Program-made: the position numbers and the translations under genes
Source: Salpingoeca rosetta
Lineage: Eukaryota > Protista > Choanoflagellata
Reading direction: 5' to 3'
Length of the DNA stretch: 64,000 nucleotides
Assembly (NCBI GenBank): GCA_033442325.1
Contig: JAWQFM010000033.1
Location: 62,001 to 126,000 of the forward strand
Shown: positions 11,268 to 26,424 of the stretch, one piece after another
How the letters are laid out: each line of letters begins with the position of its first letter
How positions within the stretch are numbered: position 1 is the first letter of the stretch
The notes under the pieces: model-generated
What the model saw: only the letters and a program-made list of their open reading frames with translations
The model's database searches: none
What the model was told of the DNA's origin: nothing

Positions 11268-12635
11268 GAGACTTGTTGCTTGGTCAGGGGCCGTTGAGGA
11301 CGGCTGTTGGCCTTTTGGATGCTCAGTCAATGCTGTGTGGTTGGGCAAGCAAAGCAGCGTCACCACAACACGGCGAAGCGCGTGTGTCCGAGCGAGCTTG
11401 CGTTGTTGAACACGGCTGGTCAGTGATTGTACACTCGCCAACCACACTGTGCACTTTCTCATCCACACACAGCGCACCGTTTTGCTGTTTGAAAAGCTTG
11501 AAGTCGCTGTGCATGACGAAACCAAACACGTCACTGGCACGCGTGCATGCTGATGATGAGATTGGAGGCGTGCTGCCTGCCGCTGCTCTGCTGTTCCTGC
11601 TGCCAATGAGATGGCTGATCAAATCAAATCACGCAACACAACAGCCTGTTTGTTGTTGCATGGTGGTGGTTCGTGGAATCAAAACTGGTTGGTTGTGGTT
11701 TTAGAATGGCCCAACCGCGAACATCATTGCAAAACTTTGCTCAATCATCGGCAATGGCGTCACCATCCATGTTTGCGTGTGTATTGCGTGGTGTTCGATT
11801 CACCCAATGCGTTTAAATCTGTCAAGGATTTGTCAGGCTGTCAAATGTGACAGGTAGTGGAGTTGCCTTTGAGTGGAGGCCGGTTTTTCTGCACATCCGC
11901 CATATGCCACCTCGCCACTACTCTTGCTGAGTCAGCGATAATCTTCCGCACAACTCTTTCCAAACTTTCGTTGCCGAGAACGGTGCAGCCACAACGACAG
12001 CGCTTCCTTTGCTTCTTCTTCTTGCTTCTCTTTCTTCTCTTGACACATCATCATCACCCGCCATTGCCACTCACGCCTCTCACACTTTTCCTGGCATAAA
12101 GCGCTGCTTGCTGGCTGCTCCGTTGTCGTCCGCCCACATCTGCCTGTTTGTTTGTGGTGAGTCTTCCACCCGCGGTCAAGGAAACATGGCGAGAGAGATG
12201 AGAGGGGTTTTGAGAGAGGAGATGAGAGAGAGGGAGGGGGATGGCTTCTACCTGCATGCTTTCTCTCTCCTCCTTGTTCCTCTGCCTCGTGTGTGGCTGT
12301 CGCCAAGCCTGCCCCATCTGTTGTTACGGGTGCGGCTTGTCCACGACATTCACCATCATGGCGTGTCCGTCATCTTGATTTGCCCTCCTTGCTTCTTTCC
12401 TCGCGCACGCACGCTCTCTCTTCTTGCGCTTCCTCGCTCTCTCTTCTTGCGCTTCCTCGCTCTCTCTCTCTCTCTTTCCCTTGCTTGGGTGAATCATCTG
12501 GTTGGTGGTGGTGCTGGTGCGCTGTGGCGAGTGCTGCGTTGGCAGGCGCGCTTGCATATCTTGTCGAACACACTCCTCTTGTTCCTTCGCCTTGCTGCTA
12601 GCTGCGTGCCTTTTTTTTTTTCTGTTGTAACATAA

Positions 12636-14028
<1,393 letters not shown>

Positions 14029-14579
14029 TCCTCGTGCCTTCCAATCTTCTTAACTGTCGTGTTTTGTTTTGTGTGTCTCTTGTTGTCGTCGTTGTCGTTG
14101 TCGTCGTCGTTGTGGGTGCTTGATGTGGTTCACCGCTGAGGTCATCGTGCACTGTTTCCACAAGCACATGTGCTCGTTCGCATTGTGATGGATGGGTTGA
14201 TCTTCGACTCGTCATTCTTCCCAGCCGCACGCTTTGGTGGTTTTGCTCCCCGTTCACCTCGGGTGGAAACGCCGTGCTTGCCTTTGTGTGAACAGCTGCA
14301 TCGTTTGTGCGTGTGTGTGCGTGTGTCAGTGTGTGTCCCTCTCCTGTCTCTTTTGCTGCCCCGACCCATTTTTCTCCTTCTTGTTCTGTTTGTTGGTTTG
14401 TTGTTGTTGTTGTTGTCGCAACAACAACACACCCTGCACCAGCCCATATGTACACCAGGCATGTTGTGTGTGTATGTTTCTTCTTCCCTTGAACATCATG
14501 CGATTGCTTGTCGTTGACTCTGGGCGGTTGTCCTCGAATAGAACTGGAAAGCGAGAACCAGACAGCGAGCAATGCCAGC

Positions 14580-14633
<54 letters not shown>

Positions 14634-15262
14634 CTGTATGGTTGTGTGTGTGTGTGTGTGTGTGTGTGGCTGTGTGGTTGTGTGTGGCTGTGTGGTTGTG
14701 TGTGTCTGTTTCTGCATCTGTGTGTGTTTGTACTGTATCTGTGCGGGAGTACCTCTGCCTCTACCTTTGTCTGTGTGTGCGGGCCACCATCTCTTTGATC
14801 ACACCTCAAGCACACCGCCAAGCTGCCACATATGCACACACAGACAACGTTTAATGCCCGCTCACTCGTTCGCGGTGCGTGCAATGGGTTGGTTGCGGTT
14901 GGCTGTTGCCCTGCCGTGAAAGTGGTGCAATGTGGATGGAGCAGACAAGAGCGCAAACACTACTCCTCACACGTTCCATCACACGGACACGAAAACAATC
15001 CCCGCCAGCCACACAAGCGCAGACGAACAAGCTACCAGCAGCACATAACAAATCAAGGGCATTTAGTTACCCAATCCTTCATCACCTGCATTCATTCACC
15101 CCTCTCCAAGCACCTTCGTTCACTGCTCTCCAAGCACCCCAGCATTCATTCACCTCCACCACCGCCTTTCTTCGACTCCCAGCACCTTTGTTCGTTTCCT
15201 ACCAGCAGCAGCACCAGCATTAGCACCAGCACCAGCATCAGCTCTCCCCTCACCCTTTGCCT

Positions 15263-18200
15263 CTACTTTGGCGGTACCCTGCGCAGCACCATCTCTCCGC
15301 CACTGCGGACAAACGCCACCACGTGCACCTGCCGCTCCCGCAGCCCCGTCAGTGACCGCCGCGTGTCCTTGTCCACGCGGCCGGGGCCCGTCCCGCCGAG
15401 AAACTCAAGCACCTGCCGCATCCCGGCCTCGTCCATGTTGCGCGCGTCCACCGTCACCAGCTGCTCGTTGCTCAGGTCCTTGAGCGCCCCCAGCAGCGTG
15501 TCTGCAGCCCGGTTCCCGGTTTCCTTGTCGTGCGCCTTGTCGCCGCGCGTCACAATGTGCATGTTGCACCGCAGCTCATCCCGCGTGACCGTCGTCGGCC
15601 CGCCGCCCATGCTGCCGCCATTGCCGCGTGCACCACCGCTACCATCTGCCGTCTTGCTCGCTGATGCGCTGCTGCTGCTGGTGGTGGTGGTGGTGGTGGC
15701 AGCGACGGCGGCGACGGCGGTGGTCGTTGCGGTGCCTGATCTATCGCCGCTGTTCGTGCGCAGGCTCGACGTCCGGCCCCGCCCCGATGGCGACGCCATC
15801 ACGCCACTCGCCACTGCCTTTGCGCGCACCTTGGCCGCAGCCTTCGTGGCTGCTGTTGTTGCTGTTGCCGTCGACGTCGACGACCCCAGGCCAGACGGGG
15901 AGCTGCCAATCTTGCTCAGGCTGCCGTGCCGGCGGTTCGGGGACACGCCAGGGGCCGTCTCTCTCACGGCGCTCCCGCTGTTGCGGCGCTGGCGAGCCGT
16001 GGGTGGCGTGCGTGGCTCACCACCACCGCTGGCAGTGGACTTGGCGCCCGCTGGCCCGCCGCGCGCACTGTCTGCCACCATCGCCGCTGTGGACGCACGA
16101 GAAACACCATTCTTGCCAACCAGGGCGGCGCCGCCGCCTCCACTGGCAGCGCCAGCATCGGCCCGCTGCTGGCGCTGAATGAATGACGCCAACGCATCCT
16201 GCTCACGCTCTTGCTGCCGCTGCTGTTGCAGCCGCTGCTGTTGCTGCAGCTGCTTGTGCTGCTGGTACCACCGGTGCTGCTGCTGGTGCTGCTGTTTGTG
16301 CCGGTCCATGGCCGCCTGTTGGTGGTGCCGTTGGTGCTGGTGCAGCTGGTGCGGCGGCAGCGGTGCCGCCCACGACATCTCGTACATGCTGCGGGCCTTC
16401 TCCGCCTCGTACTCCTCACACACCTTGCCCAGCTGCACCTCCACGGCCTGCTTGTAGGCCCGGCCGCCGATGCTCCGTGCCGCCGCCACCGCCCGCAGCC
16501 GGGCCCGCGCCCGCAGCACGGCCTCCTCAGCCTCCACTTCGCGCGAGTGGCGCCGCCGCAGCCGCTGCACATACACCAGCACCTGCTCACCCCCGCCAAC
16601 AGCCGCCGCGAGATCTGATGCTGCTGCCCAGCAGCTGTGCACAACACAATGCCAACGCGCCCAGACAGCTTCTGCTCCTCGCCAACCACCAGCACAACGC
16701 GCGCAATGGCCGTCCCCTGCGGCTGAAGCGCTGCCATCTCTGCCAGCGCGCCCTCACCCTCAATCATCATCGTCGTCACCCCGGCCTGCTCAAGCACCCC
16801 GAGGATCACGCCAACGGCCTGGAACCGCCCGCCACCGCTGTTTCCACGGCTGTTGTTGGTGCTGCTGCTGCCATTGCTGCCGCCGCTGCCAGCACCCCTG
16901 TTCGCCCTGCTCGCGGTGGCTGCGGCCGTGTCTGCTTCGTCGCCGCCTGCGGTGCGTGCCGGAGCAAGCACATCCGCACCCGCATCATCGCCCTCGTCGC
17001 CAAAGTCGTCGCCTTCCACGTGTCTGGCAAGTTCCGAATCTGCCACCGCCACGTCGACGGCGGCCGCTGATGTCGCTGGCTTCTTCTTGGCCCTGCGCTG
17101 GTGCGCTGCTGCAATGTTCATGGCTGCGCTGTCCACCGCCGACCGCTTCTGCTTCTGCGGCTCCTGATTCCGCTGCTGCTGCGGCTTGTGCTGTTGCTTT
17201 TGGGCTCCGCGCGGCGACGTCCTCGTGCTTGCACTGCCACTGCCGCTGCCGCTGCCGCTGCCAGTGCCGCCATCGTCCATGGCAGCAGCCGTGTTCGGGC
17301 GCGCAGGCAAACACACCACCGCAACCTCGACCATGCACTGCCCAGCGCCGCACGGTCCCACACCGTTTGTCTGCGCACCGCCAGCCGTGGTTGTCGCGGC
17401 CTGCGTGTGCATCTCAACGCCGCAGGTTGGAATGCACGTGGGGTTGGCCAGGCGCCGAATGCCCGTCAACAGCGGGTGCTGGCGCCGCTTCGCATCCGCG
17501 CGCGCCGCCACCGTCACAGCCACGCCAAACCCGCCAACGCCGCCTCGCTTCCGCCCCTGGCCCTGGGCTGTGCCTGCACCCTTGGCATGGGTACTTGTAT
17601 CTTCCTTCTGCTTCTCCTTCCTCGTCTTGCTCCCACGCCCTCTCGCCTTTGCGTCACCAGCATCATCAGCATCATCATCACCACCGCCATCGTCGTCGTC
17701 CTCATCATCATCATCATCGTCATCATCACCTTCCATGTCCTCAATCGTGTCCAACTTGAAGGCAATGAGCGCATCCTCGTCCACATCACCCGTCACTCGT
17801 GGCAGCAGCGGCGCTGCGGCCCCTGCCAAGTGCTGCTGCTGTTGCTGTTGCTGCTGCTGCTGCTGTGCTTCCAGCTGCGGTGGGAGGCCTGTGATCGCCA
17901 GAGCTGCACCAGGCAGGCGGCCTGCGCTGGCCAGCCGCGCCTCAAACACGTCGTACAGCACGTTCAACTTGAGCTCAATACCCGTCACCGACCACGGCGA
18001 CGAGGCCTGCAGGCGCCGCACCAGCGTCGTGTACCGCCCGCCTTTGCCAAGCATCACTACTCGGCGCTGGTCAGGGTGCCGCGCCGCCGCAGCCCGCTCC
18101 TGCTCCTGCTGCTGATGCTGTTGCTGCAGCAGCTGCACCTGCACAGGCTGTTGTTGCTGCTCCTGCTCCTCCTGCTGATCATGCTGCTGCTGATGGTGAG

Positions 18201-19714
18201 CGCTGTGGCGTTGGCGATGTTGCTGTGCAGTGGCAACAACAGCACCACCGCTGCCGCCGCCACTGCGGCTACCACTGCCCTTTTTGCCTTTCTTCACAGC
18301 GCCTTCACTGGCTGCGGGGGTGCCGGCGTTCCGTTGTGCCTCGGCTGTGTACGCGGAGATGGTTTCCACCTCTGCCATCACGTGGTACACCAGCGAGTCA
18401 AAGTACGTCCGCCGCTTGTGCGCCGACAAGTCCACGTCAATCACCGTGGATCGCGTGCTCACGCCCTGCTTGTCAAGCACCACGCACAGCTGCAGCAGCT
18501 GCTCCAGGTACGCCCGCGCAAGCTCGTACGACCTGGTCGCCACTTCTGCTCGCACGCGTGGAGGCGGCACCATCTCATCTTCTTCTTCTTCCTCCTCATC
18601 CTCTTCTTCGCCGTCTTGTTTCTGTTCTTGTTTCTTTTCCTCCTCCTGCTGGTGGTGGTGGTGCTGTTGATGCTCCTGCTCCTGCTTCTTCTTCTTCTTC
18701 TGCTTCTCTTCCTCTTCTTCAACCCCATCGACCTTCTTCCCACGCCCATCAACATCGCCATGACCACGAGGAGCAGTCGTGGCCGAGGTTGTGCTGCTTG
18801 TCGTGGCGGTCACCTGTGTTGCTGCCTTGGCCGATGACGTCGCAGCGCCACTGCCCTTCGTCGCGGGCACATTGGTCGTGGCGTCCGCAGCCTTCCCATG
18901 CTTGTGCTGCCGCTGCTGCTTCTGCTGCTGGTTTTGCTGCGTGGCGCCGTCCTTGTTCTTGTCCTTCTTTCCACGCTTCTTGCGGCCACCAATCTCCTCC
19001 CAGGCCTCGTCACCATCGTCGCCGCTACCACCACTGCCGCCGCGCCCTGCGCTGTCGCTTCGCGTTGCACGTCGCCCCATGCCCGCGACAACACCGTCCT
19101 CCACCACAACGTCGGCACGTGCTGCCGCCCTGTTGTGCTGCCGCACCTCCTCCTCCTCCTTCTCCGCCTGCTTCCGCTGCTCTCTCTCCCGCCGTCGCTG
19201 CCGCCGCCGCGCCGCCCGCCGCTCCTCTTTGCTCATCTTCGGCACCTTGAACGTCACCTTGCTGCCTTTGCTGCGACTAGCGGACCTGTTGCCAGTGCCC
19301 GATCCGTCACCGCCACCGCCACCGCCACCATCAGCGTCAGCGGCGGTCGCGCGCTCCTGATCTGCCCAGCACACGCTCACCGGCGTGCCGTCGCCGCTCA
19401 GGTACGTCCACGACTGCGCAAACACGGTGCGCACTGCTGTCAGCACGCCCTTCTTCGTGCCGTCGGCCAGGAACAGCACCGTCAGCGCCGCCCGCTGCTT
19501 CTTCGTCAGCCCGTCCACGTGCTGCAGCTTGTTGATCACCTCTCGGCGCCGCAGCGCCCCAATCGTTCGCACCGTCACGCTTGTCGCACCATGGTGCACG
19601 TGTTGTTGATGCTGGTGCTGGTGGCCGCCGGCGTTCATAGCGGCTAGCCTGTCGTCCCCGCTGCCACTGCTGGGGCTGTTGTTGTCCTTGCGACCGCCGC
19701 CGCCGCCAGCAACA

Positions 19715-19763
<49 letters not shown>

Positions 19764-22700
19764 CAGCATCACCGCGATCACGGCCACTTGCGGTGCTCGT
19801 ACGACGGCTCCACCTATTGACGGCTGTTGCTGCTGCGGTCGCCTTGCGCCACCTCGACGCCGCTGCGCCTGTGGTCTGTAGGCCGCCGCCTCCAGCAGTG
19901 GTGCCACTGCCACTGCCACTGCTGGTGCTGCCGAGAACGGCGCTCGCCCGCTCCACCGACGTGGCCTCTGTGCCGCTCGGCTGCTGCAGCGCGCTCTCCT
20001 TGACCACCAGTGCGCGGAACACGCTCCTGCGCACCGACGCCTCAATGCCCATCACCTTCAGCAGCGACTCGAGCAGCCCCGTGTGCCCAATCGACACCAG
20101 CACGGGCGCCGCAGGTGGGAGCGCCACGCGTGCAACTGTGACGGCGACACCAATCACCTCCGCATCGCAAAGCACCGACATGTTCGGGGACGGCACGGCC
20201 ACATCGTACGCCAGCCGCGGGTGCAATTCCCCAGCACTCGCCAGCAGCGACTGTGCAGAGAGGGCGAGCGAGCACGTGTTGTTGCCACCAGCTCCGCCCC
20301 CAATCGGCGCCAGTCCAGGCACCGCTTCCAACAAAGCGCCTGTGCCAGTGGTACCGTCGGCAGGCGACGCTCCGCTGTTGCCGCTCTCTTCATCACCATC
20401 CTTGCCGTCGCTCTGGTCGTGTTCGTCGCCGCCACTGGTGCCAGCGTCAGCCCCGCCGTCGGCATGTGCGGCCTGTGCGGCATGTGTTTGCTTTGCGAGG
20501 GGTGATGTGGCTTTCGGCTTCCCCGCTTCCTGTTCTCCGCCGTCACCTCCACCTGCTTTGTCCGTTGCAGCATCATCCCCATCTGCAGCGCCCCTCTTGC
20601 TCCTGTTCTTCTTGGGTCGGCTGCGTGAGGACGTTGGTGCGCTCTTGGCTGCTGCGCTCCGCTGTGACTTCCCTTTGCGCTCCTTGCCGCGGCCGCTGCC
20701 GCCGCCGCTGCTGCTACTGAAGAAGTTCCGGTCGCTCAGGTGGTCTGTGGACAGCGACACGCCGCGCGCGTTCATCTTGCTCACCACGGCGTCGTGCATG
20801 GCAGCAATCCGCTTTGCGTCCGCTGGCGCCTGCCGCGTGCCGCGGTCGCTGCCTGGCCCCGTCACCATGTGCATGACCGTCATCACGGCGCCCTTAACCG
20901 TCACCGCGGTCGCCGGCCCCGACGAGGAGGAGGAGGACGGGGCCACGAGCGCAATGGAGAGCGGGGAGGACGAGGCCGACTGGTGCCGGTACGCCGCCCC
21001 GCTCGTGTACCGGCGAATCGGCGTCGTGCCCGTCATCCGCGACAGGTAGTGCGCAAACGCAATGTGCAGGTGGGCCGGCAGCATGAGCACGGTGCCGTCG
21101 TGGGCCAGCAGCCGCACCTGCTTGCTCTCCTCTGGCGCCGCCACAGACTGCGGCGTGAGCAGCGGGTGCGCCATCTCCAGGGCGCCGCGCCGCTGCAGCA
21201 CGGGCGCCAGCAGCGAGGTGAGAGCGTGCATGTGACGGTGGCCCCTGAGCACGGGCCGCAGCGGCAGGTCCGGTGACGACAGCGCCGCCAGCTGCTGCCA
21301 AGACAGCCGGCGCTCCAGCATGCGCTGCATGAGGCGGCGGTGGTCCGGCAGATCGGGGTTGGTCGCCAGCTCAATGGCGTCGCTCAGCCGCTGCCGCGCC
21401 CGCGGGTCGTCGACCAGGCCAGACGCGTACAGGTCGTCCACGCTCATGCGCTTGGAGGGGTCGTGCACGAGCAGGCTGCGGATGATGCGGCGCGTCGTCT
21501 CCTCCTTGGCGTTGTTCTCAAACTCGGGCGGGAACACAATTGCGGGCGTGCGCACGTCGCGGATGGCAAACTGCCGCTCCGTCTCCGTGGCGAACAAGAA
21601 CGACATCTCAAACAAGATGATGCCCAGCGCATACATGTCCACCTTTGTATCGTAGTGGCCCGTCTCCACCTCAGGTGCAATGTACCGCCCCGTTCCAACC
21701 CGCCGCGTCAGCGAATCTCGCTCATCACCGACGCCACCACCGCCAACGCCGTGACGGGCATTGTTCCACGCATCGTCGGTGCCACCCGTGTTGCCGAGGC
21801 CGTGGTCGCTGCTGCCGTTAACACCATCGTTGGCGGTGTTCTGCAGCGTGCTGTTGGCGCGGGCGCGCCCCTCCTGGTGCCGCTGTCGCTGCTGCAACGG
21901 CTTTTGCAGACTCCCGCTGTCGTCGTCCCCATCAGGCGGTGCAGGTAGTGATGGTGACGCGCTCTCAAGCCCGCGGCCACCACCACCGCCGCCGCCGCCG
22001 CCAAACCTGCTGCTGCTGCGGGTTGCGCTCTGCGTGGTGTGCCCGCTGCCAACAAAGCGATCGTCCAGCGTCTTCCTCGCCAGGCCAAAGTCGCCAAGCT
22101 TCACCTCCAGCGCGTCGTTGACAAACACGTTCTCGGGCTTGAGATCGCGGTGGATAAGGCCCTGCTCGTGCATGTACTTGAGAGCATCGAGCAGCTGGCT
22201 GAAGATGCGCATGCGGCGGGCAAACGACAGCTGCGTGCCGCTCCTGATGACGCGGCGAAGCGTGCGCCGGCTGCACAGCTCCATCTGGATAAACAGCAGC
22301 GTTGTGCCGTCCCGTCGACCACGTCCACCACCAAGCGCTTTCTTCTTCTGCTTCTTCCCGAACTCGGCAGCATCCTCGTCATCGTACTCGCTGTCATCCT
22401 CGTCATCCTCCTCATCATCATCATCATCCTCATCATCGCCGCTGTCATCGTGAAAGGGCAGGTCCTCCGAGTCAATGTCTTCCTCGTCGTCAAAGCCGTA
22501 CAGCTCAACCCCATCGTCGTCAGCGCTGTCTCTATTGGCGGCGGCGGCAGCGGCGGCGGCGTGGCGCTCGTCGCGGTCACGTGCGGTGGTGACGGCGGCG
22601 GCTCTGGCGCGGCGACGTGGGGCCAGTGGCGTTGGCAGCATACGCATGAACTCCGCGCTCAAGGAATCTTCGTCGTCGTCACCATCATCGTCGCCTGCTG

Positions 22701-22882
22701 TGCTGTCTTCGCCATCGTCGCTCAGGCGATGGCCACCAAACAGCACATCACTGCGGGCACCAGACGTGTACACATCCAGGATGTCATCACCATCATCACT
22801 CATGTCGACATCAAACTCATCGTCGCTGGAGCCGCTGCTGCTGCTGGAGCTGTTGCTGATGGAGCTGTTGCTGGTGGTATTG

Positions 22883-22924
<42 letters not shown>

Positions 22925-24582
22925 GAGGTGGTGGTGCTTGTGGAGCTGTCACTGCTGTTGCGCATGAACAACGCCCGGGCAAACTTGGAGCCAACAAAGG
23001 CGTCTTGCTCCTTCTTTTCCTTGCTCTCGGTTCCGTCTGCAGGGGCTGCACCATCATCATCATCGTCGTCGTCTTCGTCATCATCATCGGCAGCGCTGCT
23101 GGTGTCGTGCCTTGGCGTGAATGACCCTCGCGTGCCGCCGCCGTGCGTGTGCTTCTTGCTGCCGCCAGCATCGGAATCACTGGCTGACGGCGTCGAGTCG
23201 CCATCACCGCCAGCATCGTCACCGCTGCTATCAGCATCAGCATCAGCATCAGCATCAGCATCAGCATCAGCATCATCGCTGACGCTGTCGGCACCTCCCA
23301 GCAGCCGGTCCACCACCGCCATGGATGTGGCGGAGACGAGCTCTTCCGTCGCAAGCTCAGAGTCGCCCGCCCACCCGCTGCTTACGCTCGTGTCATCATC
23401 GCCACCACCGCTTTTGCTGTCATCGCGTTGCTGAGCGGTGGTGGCTGTGGTGGTTGCAGGGCTCGCGGTTGTTGTGGTGGTTGGTGGCTGGGTCGTGCTA
23501 AACACGATGCTGTCATCATCACTATCATCATCATCACCATCATCGCCATCGTGGGCGTACATGTGCGCGTGTGTTGGCATGCGGCCCGTCTGTTCGCTCC
23601 GCTGCCGCTGCCGCCGGCGCCGCTGGTGGGTGCGACTCGGTGTGGTGGCGCCGCCACCTCTGTCGTCTGCGGCGTCATCCGCACCGGTGTCGCTGTCGTG
23701 GGAGCACATGGACTCCAGCTCCACCTCGCCATCGCTCTTCGTTCCATCCCGCTCACCACGGGTGCGTGCAGCCGATGCAGCCGGGGGTTTGCCTGCGGGC
23801 GTATCGATGCCGCTGGTGGCAGCAGTGTTGTTGCTTGAAGTCTCATCGCTGCCTTGCTTGACCTGCGCCTTGTTCTTTCCCCTCGTCTTGCTCTTGCTCT
23901 TGCTCCTCGCCTTGCTTTTGCTCCTGCTCCGGCTGGTGGCAGCGCGCTTTGTCGGGGACGTGCTTGCACTGGCGTGGCGGCTGCATGCGCGTGGCGTGAC
24001 GGTGCCGCGGCGCTGCTTGCTCGTGCTGTCGGTACGGCTGCGCCTGACCTCACGGGGCACCGACGCAGGATTGGAGGAAGCCCTCCAGAACCGTCCGCCA
24101 CCACCAGCGTCATTGTCATCGGTGTCGTCATCGGTGTCGTCATCGGTGTCGTCATCCGTGTCGTCATCGCTACCGCCGCCACCGCGGGTGCCAGGGCCAT
24201 TCTTGTCACCAGCCTGGTTGCGGGAGGCGTCACCAGTGGCGGAGCGCATGAGTGCGGGCGGGGCGGGGGTGGACACCTGCCGCATCAAGACGGCGTCGTC
24301 GTCATCGTCGCTGGTGGAAACGCCATCGCCATCATCGACATCATGGTCGTCGTCCTCCTCGTCCTCGTCGGCGCCAACCACCGTTTCGCCCGCGCCCCAC
24401 TCTGAGGTCTTGCTGCTCCATGCCTGGCCAGCAGACAGGCAGACAGGCATTGAATGTGCGCGTGTGCGTGTGAGTGAGTGAGAACGGAGGGAAAAGGAAA
24501 CGAGGAGAGACAAGAGATGTGATCAAGACGTTAACAACGAATATTGTGCGCGCAAAGATAGCGTGTGAGTGTGTGTGAGTGT

Positions 24583-24673
<91 letters not shown>

Positions 24674-24866
24674 GCCTTACGTTGTGATACCGGACGATGT
24701 TTGGGTGGTGGTGCAGCTTGGAGAGCGCACGCACTTCCTTCATGACGTCATCCTCATCCTCAAGCGAGCAAGGCACAATCTGGCGGCGCAAGTACACACG
24801 AGGGGAGGAGGCCAGGAGCCCAAGGACAACACGGTGTAAAGTGAGCTTTGTACAACGTGTACGGTT

Positions 24867-24949
<83 letters not shown>

Positions 24950-26388
24950 GCGGCTGCTGTGGCTGCACCGGCCGCACCTTGACGGCGTAAGGAGATTTGT
25001 CGAGGTTGTTGAAGGTGTGCACGACAGCGCCAAATCCACCAATGCCGAGGAATCCGCGCCACTTGGACCGGAGCACCGTCCTGTGGCAGCAACAAAAACA
25101 AGTAACACAACGACACAAATATGTATGCTTAGCTGTTTGGAGAGTCAAATACACACACACAAAAAAAAAAAACAATACAGCTCAAACACACACACACACA
25201 CATGCACACACAAAATACCGCTCGCATACACTCACACGAACGGCCTATTCCTCCCCCCCCCCCCGCGCAGAGCAAACCACACCTTGACTGGCTGTGAATG
25301 GCGCGCAGCACGTGGTCCTCGTAGCGGTGCTTTAACCGCAGCCGCTGCCGCACAAACTTGAGCGACAGCAGCTCTCGGATGTACGAGCCAGCCTCCCACG
25401 ATGACCCGGCCGCGGCTGCCGTCGTCGTTGTTGTTGTCATCGTCGCTGCTGTTGTCGTCGTCGCTGTCGTGGTGTTGGTGGCGTTGGTGGCGTTTGTGGT
25501 GTTGGTGGCGGTGGACGACATGGATTTGATCGATGCCGTGTCCAGCTCATCGCTGTCCACAGACACGTCGTCATTACCACCATCATCATCATCACTGTCG
25601 TCCGGGACGTGTGTTGCCCAGCAGCGCTCAATAAACTCCTGCACAGAGGGCGGCACCTGCGGGGTCCAGCGCACCTTGGCGTCTGACTGCGCCCGCCGCC
25701 GTCGCCGGTCAATCCACGCCTGCGCCGCCTCCCGGCCCATGTACATCTCGAGCACCAGCGTACCAAACATGCGCACGTCCCGCGCCTGCATCTCCCGCAG
25801 CTGCCGGCCCTTGATTGCGTATGTCGGCTGCACTACGCCCGTTGGCGACGTCCGCGTGCTCGTGCTTGTCGTGCGGCTGCGGCCGCGGCCATTGCTGCTC
25901 TTGCTGGTGGTGTTGTTGCTGTTGCCATTCTCTTTGCTGGCGAGGTGCGCCTTGCGGAGGGCGTCAAAGCTGTATGCGTGGTCGTCAAATGGTGGGAGCG
26001 ACATGTCATCGCTGATGGTGTCGCCGACCCATCCAGTCAGGCTGTTGATCCACTGGGCCATGCACGCACGACGGATGTTCACGCTAAACGGCAGCGCATC
26101 GTCGCTGTTGTTGCTGTTGCCATCAGCATCGGCGCTCGGCTCCACATTGTCGCCATTCGTTTGCTCCACGTTCTTCCTTTGGCTGGAGGATTCGTCATCT
26201 GCGCCGTCCTCTCCACGCTTATCACCACCATCTTCGTCAGCATGATTGGCAGCACCACCAGCAGTGGTGGTGACATTGCCCTTGTCATCCTTGTCACAAT
26301 CGCCATCCGAGGCGCGCCCATCATCATCATCCTCCTCCTCATCTTCTTCCCCTTCATTCTCTTCCCCTTCCTGTTCCGCCGCCGCCGC

Positions 26389-26424
<36 letters not shown>

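Noticed and set aside
15964-16590. Last ~200 aa of the 2849-aa ORF as the true GCN2 C-terminus
   Set aside because: The composition becomes implausible after LLAG, while the -1 frame has host-like codon use and poly-Q.
14832-24481. Long plus-strand ORFs (e.g. 14832-16178, 17101-18837, 19679-21049, 23438-24481)
   Set aside because: Antisense shadows of the GC-rich GCN2 exon, with no independent motifs.
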